The position numbers and the translations under genes were made by a program. 64,000 bases of DNA, taken from IMG/VR virus record IMGVR_UViG_3300005613_002762, positions 32,001 through 96,000 of that record; one strand, given 5' to 3'. Shown piece by piece: positions 10,012 to 19,772 of this stretch; the stretch's first letter is position 1, and every line of letters starts with the position of its first letter. The notes beneath the pieces are model-generated. The model was given only the letters and a program-made list of their open reading frames with translations, had not been told where the DNA came from and searched no databases. The DNA comes from a virus.

Positions 10012-10359
10012 ATGGGAATTTATAAAGAAAAACCAATTAGAAAAACCGTTTTTCGTGGTGGAAGATCTTTAAACCTTAACACCTTTGAAACGATTGTGGT
10101 TAGTGAACCAATTTACTCAACAAATGGTGAAATTTTATTATTAGTAAAAGATGTTACTCAATGTAAGGTTAAATTAGACTCAACAACCACCGATAAAATC
10201 ACCATAAAGTCATTGACCAATTGTGCAATTGTTCCTGATATGGGAAGAATTGATGAAGATTGGGATGAAATCCATATAGGTAGAGGTGCATGTATAGAAC
10301 TCCAAAACATACAAGGAATTTGGTATATCTTATCCAGTGATGGGTTGAAACTTGACTAA
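10012..10359 (+). CDS. Hypothetical small beta-rich protein, probably structural
   Basis: 115-aa ORF coupled to the neck gene; 3' end overlaps the polymerase 3' end by 30 nt. Confidence 0.6.
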   Translation: MGIYKEKPIRKTVFRGGRSLNLNTFETIVVSEPIYSTNGEILLLVKDVTQCKVKLDSTTTDKITIKSLTNCAIVPDMGRIDEDWDEIHIGRGACIELQNIQGIWYILSSDGLKLD

Positions 10360-13149
10360 TTCATTTTCAGGAACGTATTTTAACATACTATCATCCGCCA
10401 ACTTATACATGTGGTATGGAGTTTCATTAACTCTATTCCAAAACGACATTTCCTCGTCAGATATTTCCATAACATCTTCCAACTTATCTTGATCACCTTC
10501 ATCAAAAGGTTGTCCGTTGATTAGTTCACACTGATCTTTAGTAAAAAATGGTCTGTCTTCAGGATTTTTAACTAACAACCCATTTCTAACTTCTTGTTTA
10601 AACACAACAAGTAATGGCTCAACTCTTTTATTGAATGTTGCAATCGCTCGCTGAATATTGTATTGACCTTTCATTGTTGGGTTAGTTTCTAAATCTGAAG
10701 GATCAATTCGGTAACAATTAAGTTGTATTATAGATTCTAAGTTTTCAGGAATAGGTCCACCGTAAGTATTGATATGTTCTTGAGACCACCCCTTCTTTGG
10801 TTTATTAACTTTCTGAACATCACCGTGTGAAGCTTTAGTTCCGTTATTTACATAGAAGATTATATCACCAAGATTTACATTAAGACCTTCTTTAATTGCT
10901 AACTCCATATGTGCTTGACGAGACATTAAACTTCCTGCCTTAGTTGTTTGTTTACTACGAATAATATAGTCATCAATACTTTGTTTCACTTTTGCTTTGT
11001 TTGCAATATCCATTAAAGGAATTTGTAAATCAAAAATCTGTTGGACGTATTCATAATACCACTCTACAAACTCTTGTCCTTTACCATCAAGTAAAAGTTT
11101 GATCCCCTTATCTAAGAACTTCTCAATGTAGATTGGCATTTTTTTAGATTTGATTGAGTTTCCTGTTAGTTTGATTTTACCTTTGGCGGTGATAAGTGCG
11201 TAGTTTTTTCGAGCCAAGTTGATACACGCCGGCCATTGTCCATCTGTGTCAAGTGCCATTTCACCTCTCATCGCAAGATCATTAAACTCCATTACATCGG
11301 CTTCTTCACCAATATATTCTTTACCTTCTTTCACTTTCCAGTTCAAACCTTTACCAATATACTTTCTTTCTTCTACACCTTCAGGAACCGAAAAGTTGAT
11401 ACCATCCGTATCCATTACAAGAGGTGTGTATCCACGATCCATAAAGAAACTAATCATCATTCTAAGATACTGACGACCTGTGCAAGTAATCATTTCCCCT
11501 TTATCCATATCACCCCAATGAAATACTTGTGGTGCCGACAACGCCCCGAACATGGAGTTGATGAAGATCTTAATTGGTAATTGTTTACGGTCATAAGAAG
11601 TTGATTTCTTTTTATCAATACTCGCATATTCTTCGGCCAATTGTTTGTATTTGATTCGGCTATTTCTAAAATAAGTCAAAAGACCTTTCATCGCACCTGT
11701 AACATCACAATCAGGAAACACATCGTGAACCAACTGAATGGAGGGGTATAGAGACGAGTAGTCAAGTTTTAGAACGTTCTTGGAGTAACCTGTTCGGATA
11801 AGACGAGAAAGTCCTCCTACGAAGTTCCCTTTATCATTCTTGGCGGGAATTGCTAACTTATGTTTATAAGACCAAGCCAACATCAACATTTTCCATAATG
11901 TTGCCGTTCCCATCGTTGAAACTCTTTCATATGTTGTTGGAAGAAGGGATGCCAACAAAAATGAACCTTGATTGAATTCTTCATCAACCAATAGAGTTTC
12001 TTCTAAGTCATCGTCAAGGTAACGTTCAATAATGTCGTCCCCCGTTGTTTTAATATAAACATTTGAGTGTCTTGAACAAACCTCATCAATCTTCGGATCT
12101 ACACCAACTTTTTTGTATTTACCATTTTCAATGTTTAACCAATATTCTTCCTTTTCACGATACATTGACCCAATTTTATTATGTTCAACATAAACACGAT
12201 CAGGAGCCTCAGCCTCAATATATTTTGTAATATACTTCAAACCAGCTTCTTTAATGTTTGAGTTAATTGCTTGAGCTCTACGAACTGAATGTAAAATATC
12301 AATAATGTTATAACCCCACATTTGAGTTTGAGTAAATTTCTCAACCTCGTTTGCAAGTTTCAACATTGACTCTTTTTGTGAAATAGATTTTTCAGGGTTT
12401 AAAGATTTGGCAACTCGTTTGATATCAAGATTCAAGATTTTACATCTTTCATAAATCCAATACCAGTCAAAGTTAAATGAGTTATATCCTGAAAGAATTG
12501 AAGGTTTTTGTTCTTCAATAATTCTAAAGAACTCCGTAATACCTCTACGTTCTTCGTCTTCGTTTGAACACTCAATAACTTTTTTGAATCCTTTGTTTGT
12601 TTTAATTCCGATCATGAAGATACGACCATCCTTGGGTTCAAGTGAGGTCGTCTCAAGGTCAAATACCATTCTCGTAATGTCGTTGTATTCCTCAAATCCT
12701 TTAAATAGTCGTTTCTCTTTTGAGATGAGGTATTGCTCAACAGGAGGTAAAACCATAATAAGGTCTCTCACATTTTCACCCCAAGGATCAACTCCACCTT
12801 CTCTAAAAAACTGAATAAGGTTTCTATAACCTTTCATTGACTTAACCATAAAAGTAAGTCCTCGTTCTAAACGATCATTACCTTCAGTTTTTAGTTTTTC
12901 TATAATAATACCATGTTTGGTCATGGCTTCTTTCTGTAATGCTTTTGATTTTGAATAAAAGTTAAGATTTCGTAGATCTCCTACCCAAGCAAAAGATATT
13001 AGAGTATCTCGTTGGATCTGTTTTCCTTTACCAGGAACTTCTTTTATTTTAAAAATTTTGTCGGATAAGTAATCGTATTCTACAGATACGATATATTCTT
13101 CAGGATCATTTCCCTGAAGAAATTGTTCAATTTCTTCTTGTGATATCAT
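10330..13149 (-). CDS. polB: Family B DNA polymerase with 3'-5' exonuclease
   Basis: ExoI FDLETT, ExoII GYNSFNFD, motif A LDYSSLYPS, motif B KIFINSMFG, motif C VMDTDG, RKNYA. Confidence 0.96.
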   Translation of the reverse strand: MISQEEIEQFLQGNDPEEYIVSVEYDYLSDKIFKIKEVPGKGKQIQRDTLISFAWVGDLRNLNFYSKSKALQKEAMTKHGIIIEKLKTEGNDRLERGLTFMVKSMKGYRNLIQFFREGGVDPWGENVRDLIMVLPPVEQYLISKEKRLFKGFEEYNDITRMVFDLETTSLEPKDGRIFMIGIKTNKGFKKVIECSNEDEERRGITEFFRIIEEQKPSILSGYNSFNFDWYWIYERCKILNLDIKRVAKSLNPEKSISQKESMLKLANEVEKFTQTQMWGYNIIDILHSVRRAQAINSNIKEAGLKYITKYIEAEAPDRVYVEHNKIGSMYREKEEYWLNIENGKYKKVGVDPKIDEVCSRHSNVYIKTTGDDIIERYLDDDLEETLLVDEEFNQGSFLLASLLPTTYERVSTMGTATLWKMLMLAWSYKHKLAIPAKNDKGNFVGGLSRLIRTGYSKNVLKLDYSSLYPSIQLVHDVFPDCDVTGAMKGLLTYFRNSRIKYKQLAEEYASIDKKKSTSYDRKQLPIKIFINSMFGALSAPQVFHWGDMDKGEMITCTGRQYLRMMISFFMDRGYTPLVMDTDGINFSVPEGVEERKYIGKGLNWKVKEGKEYIGEEADVMEFNDLAMRGEMALDTDGQWPACINLARKNYALITAKGKIKLTGNSIKSKKMPIYIEKFLDKGIKLLLDGKGQEFVEWYYEYVQQIFDLQIPLMDIANKAKVKQSIDDYIIRSKQTTKAGSLMSRQAHMELAIKEGLNVNLGDIIFYVNNGTKASHGDVQKVNKPKKGWSQEHINTYGGPIPENLESIIQLNCYRIDPSDLETNPTMKGQYNIQRAIATFNKRVEPLLVVFKQEVRNGLLVKNPEDRPFFTKDQCELINGQPFDEGDQDKLEDVMEISDEEMSFWNRVNETPYHMYKLADDSMLKYVPENELVKFQPITG

Positions 13150-13174
13150 GGTTATTTACTTTTGGTCTATTAGC

Positions 13175-13200
13175 TGTCGAATAAGGTCGACATTTACCTT
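13175..13200 (-). promoter_or_regulatory. Structured polymerase mRNA leader (hairpin / H-type pseudoknot)
   Basis: Sense sequence AAGGU AAA UGUCG ACCUU AUU CGACA has two interleaved perfect 5-bp complements, 25 nt before the ATG. Confidence 0.5.
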
Positions 13201-13255
13201 CGTAAATAAATATAGAAGTAAAAATTACTCTTATCAACTAAACTACAAAAAAATA

Positions 13256-13777
13256 TTATGTTAAACTTTGGGTTGGTGTTGGTGTGTTTGTTGGTGTCGG
13301 TGTAGGTGTTTGACTAAGTTCGGGGTAATTAGTTGGAGTTGGTGTTGGTGTTGGGAATGGAGTCACACAACAATTATAATCTAAGACATAACAATTATCA
13401 TATGGTAAACTATTAGATAAATAACTTTCAACCACATTAATATATAACTTTTCTCGAATTGGTAAGACAAGTGTCCCTGTTTCATTTATAAAAACAAATT
13501 GACCTTCATAACGACCTGGTTTACTTGTGTCTTGAGGTGTAAATCGATAGTAAACATAAAACTCAGGACTTGCGTTTGGATTCATTTCCATTTTCTCAAC
13601 AAAACTTGCTGCTTCGGAATTGATTTTTAAAACTCCCGTTTCTGAATCTATCATTGAAAAAAATATTGATGATGTCTCAATAAAACCCATCATAGATTGA
13701 TAATCAGTTATACCATCTTTTACAACTTGTAATTTTAATAATGGTAAACTTGAATTTTGACCGATTGTAAATTCCAT
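13256..13777 (-). CDS. Virion protein, BppU-N-like domain with Pro/Thr tail
   Basis: YYRFTPQDTSKPGRYEGQF resembles baseplate upper protein N-domains; ends in TPTP repeats; paralog of 13816..14856. Confidence 0.55.
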   Translation of the reverse strand: MEFTIGQNSSLPLLKLQVVKDGITDYQSMMGFIETSSIFFSMIDSETGVLKINSEAASFVEKMEMNPNASPEFYVYYRFTPQDTSKPGRYEGQFVFINETGTLVLPIREKLYINVVESYLSNSLPYDNCYVLDYNCCVTPFPTPTPTPTNYPELSQTPTPTPTNTPTPTQSLT

Positions 13778-13815
13778 CTATACTTTCTTTATAAATACCT
13801 TAGTTGTGATTTTAG

Positions 13816-14856
13816 TTAGGGACAAACACCACCAACACAATTGTCGTTTCCTCCTGTCACAGAAATATAATTATATGGTTGTGTAAAGGCGGCACAGAAA
13901 GTTTGAGATCCATTAAATGGTAAAGTTATTGCAACACTATTACCATTACAATTCACATATATCGAATTAAACACATTATTTTGTGTTTTAGTATACGTAA
14001 AACATTTACAAGGAAATGAAGTTCCACACTCATGGGAATAAATCACTTGACTATAATTACCAAACAATCCACTATACGCACCAACATACACTACTGTATT
14101 TGGTAAGTAAGGTAATCCATTTCTTTTTAAAACTTTAAACCAACCGCCGTTAGTTGCAAAAGAATATGTATTAAAACTTGGTGATGCCCAAAGAGTTTGA
14201 CCAATTGTTAACGCCGACATTACAGGTGTGTATGCGGTTGCATATTGAGCAGTTTGTGAACATGCGTTATTAACAGCACCCGACCCAAATGACACAACCC
14301 ACTCAGTATAACCTGTTGGTTCAGGACCTAAAGTTGTTGATGTTGTTGTTACGGGTATTGATGTGGTTGATGTTGTAGTTGGTGCTATGGTTGATGTGGT
14401 AGTTGTTGGTATTGGAGGAACTGGTGGTGGTATAGGTTGTGATTTACAACAAGGAAAATCTACAACATAACAACTTTGATATTCATAATCATTTATTATA
14501 AAACTATCCGTTACGTTTACAAATATGTTTTGATTTAATGGTAATGTTAAAATTCCTGTTTCATTTCTAAATAAAAATTGACCTTGATATCTACCAACAC
14601 TTTTTGTGTCTTTTGGTGTGAATTGATAATAAACATAGTATTCAGGTTCTAATGTTGGATCAATTTGTTCTTTTTTCATTACACCAGCAGGTCTTGTAGT
14701 AAATTTTGGAATACCTGTTTCAGTATCAACCATAGAAAAAAATATGTCGGTTTCTTCTAAAAACCGCATAGTTCTATCATAATCACTTCGTCCGTCTTTT
14801 ATGACGTTTATCTTTAATACGGGAAGAGTCGCACCTTTTTTAATGAAAAATTCCAT
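13816..14856 (-). CDS. Virion protein: BppU-N-like domain + Pro/Thr linker + Cys-containing C-domain
   Basis: N-domain paralogous to the 173-aa neighbour (YYQFTPKDTKSVGRYQGQF); PPPVPPIPTTTTST linker. Confidence 0.55.
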   Translation of the reverse strand: MEFFIKKGATLPVLKINVIKDGRSDYDRTMRFLEETDIFFSMVDTETGIPKFTTRPAGVMKKEQIDPTLEPEYYVYYQFTPKDTKSVGRYQGQFLFRNETGILTLPLNQNIFVNVTDSFIINDYEYQSCYVVDFPCCKSQPIPPPVPPIPTTTTSTIAPTTTSTTSIPVTTTSTTLGPEPTGYTEWVVSFGSGAVNNACSQTAQYATAYTPVMSALTIGQTLWASPSFNTYSFATNGGWFKVLKRNGLPYLPNTVVYVGAYSGLFGNYSQVIYSHECGTSFPCKCFTYTKTQNNVFNSIYVNCNGNSVAITLPFNGSQTFCAAFTQPYNYISVTGGNDNCVGGVCP

Positions 14857-14884
14857 TCAAGTTCTTTTTCAATAAATACTTGAA

Positions 14885-16552
14885 TTAAAATTCTTTTCTT
14901 AAACTACCCTCATAGAATTCGAACCTGTTGTGTTCTGTTGGTGTCATAAGAAGAACACCACTACTAATTCGACCTTTTATTGTTTCTTTATAACAATATG
15001 ACATTAAGGTCTGTTCATATGGATAGTCAAATTTAGTTTCGATATAACATTTGTAATTACCTTCTTTTGATAATATAATTGGCCAGTTAGATAAATATAC
15101 ATCACCTGTTGCGTATGGAATACCTTCATATGATTTTATATTTTTGAACTCTAAACATGGTGAATTTGGATCTTGACCCTGTTTTGGAAGTTCGGGATTC
15201 ATAGGCCAATGTTTTTTTCTAAACTCTTGATCCACATTATACCAAGACCATTGTTTTTCATGACTACCAAAAAACTCCGTAAAATTTAATTTAAGAAAAT
15301 CTAATTCTTCTTTTTTGAATATCTGTAAAACTTTTCTATATAGATTTTTAGTTTTTCGATTAAATCCGTTTTTACACACATCATCGATACCATTATAAAA
15401 AAACATATCATCTTCGAAGAAATAATAATAATCCATATCGGATTCGTTAAAATGTTCTGCAACAAAAACACGTCCGCCAGTTATTCCGATATTATCTTTT
15501 TTAATATGTTCGAACCCATATTGTTCACAAAGTTCCAAGTATCTTGGAGTTGTTGATAAATCCGTTGAGTTATTTAATAAGAATTTCTTTGTTTTAGAAA
15601 TAAAATCTGAATCATATTCTAACATGGAATTGATCAGTGTTTCAAATTGTTTTGGGCTATTGAATGAAATCACATATAGACCAACATCTCCTGACGAAAT
15701 CTTAACTATTTTTTTTGTTTTCCTTAAAGTTTTTAATTCAACGGAATCATTTTTAACATCTTCAAAAAATTTATACATAAGACCATTCGATTCAATTTCA
15801 ACGTAATCTATTATTGTCGGATTTTGATATAAAAGAATTGAAAATAAACTTTCTTCAGTTCCCATTAAACCTTTTTGTAATGTTGATTTAATTAACCCAT
15901 AATAAAGACCATTCATATGTCGAATAAGTTCTTTTGTTCCACCAAAGAATCCACCTCTACAAACTTTATCAACCCTTGTTTCAGTTATCTTATCCATTTG
16001 TTTAATATCAAATCCATGTATTTCACGATCCGCTTGGTATGGGAAACAAACAAATAAAAAGTTATCGGTTAATTTATCTATTTTTGGTAAAACATTGTCG
16101 TGAGTAAAATAACCCATGTGAACCGTATTTGCCAATCCCGCATCAATCCAATAAAGTTTTTCTGAATTAAATTTATCTAAAATAACCGCATCATGTAAAA
16201 GAAACATTTTTGACATAACCAAAGGGTTATACATTTCAAGTTTCGCTTGAGTAGAATCTTTTAACCATCCGGCTAAATTATACCATTTTGGATTGTTTCT
16301 AATCGTTTGTATTTGATAATAAAACTCACCATTTTTAAACCAATCTAAATCTCTTAATACAAATTGAGTGTTAGAGTTATTTCTTTTTGATGAAACAAAA
16401 TCTTGTAGTTCTTTGTCACCAAAAATTATCATATTACAATCAATTTGTAATAGTTGTTCAAACTTATTTAAATAATGATCAAATGATCGAGACCAACCCT
16501 CAGATAAGTTTCCTCGACCAATATCCCATAAACCAGTGACTAACGTAATCAT
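14885..16552 (-). CDS. HtrL/YibB-like glycosyltransferase fused to a second GT-A domain
   Basis: ITLVTGLWDIGR, YWIDAGL, GGFFGG (HtrL-like); C-half with FFEDDM DxD-like motif. Confidence 0.7.
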   Translation of the reverse strand: MITLVTGLWDIGRGNLSEGWSRSFDHYLNKFEQLLQIDCNMIIFGDKELQDFVSSKRNNSNTQFVLRDLDWFKNGEFYYQIQTIRNNPKWYNLAGWLKDSTQAKLEMYNPLVMSKMFLLHDAVILDKFNSEKLYWIDAGLANTVHMGYFTHDNVLPKIDKLTDNFLFVCFPYQADREIHGFDIKQMDKITETRVDKVCRGGFFGGTKELIRHMNGLYYGLIKSTLQKGLMGTEESLFSILLYQNPTIIDYVEIESNGLMYKFFEDVKNDSVELKTLRKTKKIVKISSGDVGLYVISFNSPKQFETLINSMLEYDSDFISKTKKFLLNNSTDLSTTPRYLELCEQYGFEHIKKDNIGITGGRVFVAEHFNESDMDYYYFFEDDMFFYNGIDDVCKNGFNRKTKNLYRKVLQIFKKEELDFLKLNFTEFFGSHEKQWSWYNVDQEFRKKHWPMNPELPKQGQDPNSPCLEFKNIKSYEGIPYATGDVYLSNWPIILSKEGNYKCYIETKFDYPYEQTLMSYCYKETIKGRISSGVLLMTPTEHNRFEFYEGSLRKEF

Positions 16553-16581
16553 AGTTAATTGTTAACAATTTTATTTTGAAA

Positions 16582-17463
16582 TTAAATACCGTTTAATTCC
16601 TCTAATATTTTATAAAAACTTTTTTCTGTCTTGGTTAATTCTTTTAAATCAACGCCAGGTATATTATCGTCTTCATGCCACCAAATATCAAAAAATAATG
16701 GACTAAACAAATCTTTATTGTTGTAATAAATTAAAGACATAATGTTCTCCTCAAGGTATAAAGTATTTTCATTTTCTAAAACCTCATCAATTTGGTTTAA
16801 CATCATTTTACAATAATCCATTACCAATTCTTTTTTACCACCAAAAAAACCACCAATTATGTGATGGTCAAAACAATACTTATCGTAATAGCTTTGAGGT
16901 AAAGTTTTTGACCAATGATTTCTTCTATTTTCTTTTGCACATAACACAATTTTATTATCTGAAGTTTTTATCAGATTATTTAAAAGATTATTATTAAATA
17001 ATTTAGATTCAAAATACTTTTCCCAATACCCCCTTGTTTGATCTAAAAGTCTTGGTGGAATTAAACCACTATGAGAAAGACCAGCATCAAACCAAAAGAT
17101 ATTTGTTGTTGTGTCGTCAATTTCGTTTAAACACCAATTAAATTTTGAATACTGAATTTCATAACATCTATCTTTAATCACATTTGTTTGTGTTGATTTA
17201 ATTTGTGAAATTCTATTGTGAAATTTATTATCACGTAAATTTGAAACTTTAAATGTAATTTGTGATTCTGAAAAATTATTTTCTTTATAAAAAAAGTTTT
17301 GAAGAATACCTAACTCTTCTTGACTTGTATAACACACAAATTGTGCATCGGTCATTTTTAATAAACTTTTAACCGAGTTTAAATAATGTCCTTGTCTACT
17401 ATCTCTTCCACCAAGATCGGTATTGAACAGGTTTGAATAAATTGCGGTAACAATTTTTATCAT
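16582..17463 (-). CDS. HtrL/YibB-like glycosyltransferase
   Basis: IVTAIY, SKFNW, FWFDAGL, IIGGFFGG, EENIM motifs parallel the neighbouring gene. Confidence 0.65.
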   Translation of the reverse strand: MIKIVTAIYSNLFNTDLGGRDSRQGHYLNSVKSLLKMTDAQFVCYTSQEELGILQNFFYKENNFSESQITFKVSNLRDNKFHNRISQIKSTQTNVIKDRCYEIQYSKFNWCLNEIDDTTTNIFWFDAGLSHSGLIPPRLLDQTRGYWEKYFESKLFNNNLLNNLIKTSDNKIVLCAKENRRNHWSKTLPQSYYDKYCFDHHIIGGFFGGKKELVMDYCKMMLNQIDEVLENENTLYLEENIMSLIYYNNKDLFSPLFFDIWWHEDDNIPGVDLKELTKTEKSFYKILEELNGI

Positions 17464-18704
17464 AAATTACCAACAATTCTATCACACCAATCTTTAGATG
17501 TCGAGTGAGGCCAAATAACCCAATACGACGGAATTTCTTTTGTGTGAAACTCTCTCCACACTTTACCAACACCACTTGGATCTGACTTTAATCTCATAAT
17601 CTCATTTGGATCGGCATCTTGTCTAAACAAAGTATTATTATCTTTATCGTGAAAAGCAACCACCCAAAAATCATAATCAGTTTCAGGAACTCGATTTAAA
17701 TCTAAATCAATACAATGTCTAAAAATTGTTGTAAAAGATTCTTTCCATTCTTCTTCAGTTTTAAACTCATATGTATTTGGTGGATATTTTTTATCTTTTG
17801 TTTCTTGTTGTATACCTCGAGTTTCGAATAATATTCCAGCATATTTTTCATAGTCACGAACCGTTCTTTTTGTTCCGAACCATTCAGAATAATCACCATC
17901 ATAAGTTTCACCATCAACACCAAGTAATTGTCTATTCTTTTTATGACATGCGGTATTTTTTAAATACCAATCCTTATCATCATCCCATTGCTTAACTCGA
18001 CCTTTTCTTGTGTATTCATGCCAAATTAAAACTTTATGTGGGTGAAACAAATCATAACCATGTGTATATGCTCTTACCGTAATTGAAATTTCTTCCCCAT
18101 GAAAATAAAATTCAGGATCGTGTTGAACTTCTTTTGAAAACTCACCCAAAGTAAAACAATAATGTGCCGAATAAAATCTTGCGGGAATTGGTTCGGTCAT
18201 TTCTTTCCATCCTGGTATAACTTCAGGTAAAAAGAAAACAACACCTTCGGGTGTAAATCGATCAAATGTCATACGCCAAGGTTCCGTAACTCTTCCTTCA
18301 GGATCATTTTCAGGATCAAATGAAGAAACATAACCTGTCAATAATGGTTTTTTATGACCTTTCTTTTGGAGTTGTTTAATCATTTTGATCATTTCTTTAT
18401 CCCAATTTTTTTCGAATCTCATATGAGAATCTATTTGAAGGGTATATTTTTCTCCATCATATTGTTGTTGTGTCAAATGTCTTGCCCAACACACACCTTT
18501 TGATTCCTTATAATCTATGTTAATAATTTTAAATCTTGGGTCATTTTCATACTCTGATAAATCATCAAAACCATCTTCAGGATGAAATTGTCTGGCAATT
18601 GATAAAACCAAATTTTCGGGGTTTTTTGCCATTTCCAACATGTTTTTAATTGTTGGGATAAGTTGGGGGTCTCGATAAGACGCTATTTGAACAAATATTT
18701 TCAT
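17460..18704 (-). CDS. GT60-family polypeptide alpha-GlcNAc transferase
   Basis: IFVQIASYRDP, SKGVCWAR, LQIDSHMRF (DSH metal motif), FHGEEI, THGYDLFHP are GT60 signatures. Confidence 0.85.
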   Translation of the reverse strand: MKIFVQIASYRDPQLIPTIKNMLEMAKNPENLVLSIARQFHPEDGFDDLSEYENDPRFKIINIDYKESKGVCWARHLTQQQYDGEKYTLQIDSHMRFEKNWDKEMIKMIKQLQKKGHKKPLLTGYVSSFDPENDPEGRVTEPWRMTFDRFTPEGVVFFLPEVIPGWKEMTEPIPARFYSAHYCFTLGEFSKEVQHDPEFYFHGEEISITVRAYTHGYDLFHPHKVLIWHEYTRKGRVKQWDDDKDWYLKNTACHKKNRQLLGVDGETYDGDYSEWFGTKRTVRDYEKYAGILFETRGIQQETKDKKYPPNTYEFKTEEEWKESFTTIFRHCIDLDLNRVPETDYDFWVVAFHDKDNNTLFRQDADPNEIMRLKSDPSGVGKVWREFHTKEIPSYWVIWPHSTSKDWCDRIVGNL

Positions 18705-18782
18705 AATGAAAAAATAAATAAATCAAGTAAAGTGTAAATTGTTTTGATCGATTTAAACACTATGATGATCCATAAATAAATG

Positions 18783-19721
18783 TCAACTTACAATTTCCAA
18801 AACTTTTAGATAAACTTGTAAAACTGATGGGTGACATTCAAATGATTTTTTATTTTCCAAACAATTAACAAGAGACGGAATACCTTGTATTGATCCCCAC
18901 TCTCTAACTCCATGTTTCATATCAGACGCACAATGTAATCCACACCCACCATTGACATAATGATATTTGTATTGTTGTGAACCATGTCTGTATGGTGATC
19001 TAAACTCAGGATTTATTGAACTTCCTAATTGTATAATTTCACAATCTGTTGTTCCTGCCAAATGTAAAAGACCTGAATCCATTGTTATAAAACAAGAACA
19101 ATTATTTATTAAATACCAAGTTTGATCAAGAGATGTTTGGTTCATTAAGTTATGTCCTAACTTTATTGGAAAATCAAAAACTGGTTTATCAACATTTGAC
19201 CCCCCTAACTCTGATGAATTCTTTCCAATTGAAATTACCGATATTCCTTTTTCATTTAATAGTTGTGTTAACATTTGCCAATTTTTTGCGGACCAAGTTC
19301 TTGAATTCCAATTTTGAACGGGATGTATTAAAACGTATTTATTAGGTAAATGTGGAAGTATCACATCTTCGTTTGGGATATAGTCCAAAGTCATTTCATC
19401 TTTGGTTAACATAAACCCAAGATTAATTGCGTGTAATTGTCTAATGTCCATCACATTATGTTTATTACAAACTCCATTGTCTTTATATGAAACATCAAAC
19501 GTGGAAAGTATCTGATAGTCAGATTTAATTTTATCTAGTAATTCGGAAGTATATTGAAAACTATCTTTTACGTATGGTAGATTTAAAAATATTTCAGAGT
19601 GGTGTGATATAACTGAAACTTGGTTATTATAAGTTTGACTTATTTTTTTAACAACGGGTGTTGCACATATTGTATCACCTAAAGCCCTACAACCTGTAAT
19701 ATCAATACAAATTTCTTTCAC
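18783..19721 (-). CDS. GT9 / heptosyltransferase-like glycosyltransferase
   Basis: ALGDTICATP, SRTWSAKNW, FITMDSGLLHLA; C-terminal Cys cluster CGLHC...C...FEC. Confidence 0.85.
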   Translation of the reverse strand: MKEICIDITGCRALGDTICATPVVKKISQTYNNQVSVISHHSEIFLNLPYVKDSFQYTSELLDKIKSDYQILSTFDVSYKDNGVCNKHNVMDIRQLHAINLGFMLTKDEMTLDYIPNEDVILPHLPNKYVLIHPVQNWNSRTWSAKNWQMLTQLLNEKGISVISIGKNSSELGGSNVDKPVFDFPIKLGHNLMNQTSLDQTWYLINNCSCFITMDSGLLHLAGTTDCEIIQLGSSINPEFRSPYRHGSQQYKYHYVNGGCGLHCASDMKHGVREWGSIQGIPSLVNCLENKKSFECHPSVLQVYLKVLEIVS

Positions 19722-19772
19722 GATACAATAATAACTTATTCACAAATAAATTGAATGAATTATTTTTCTTAT

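Noticed and set aside
10330-13149. Intein or intron in the DNA polymerase
   Set aside because: Continuous ORF with all motifs in order and no splice-junction or LAGLIDADG signatures seen.
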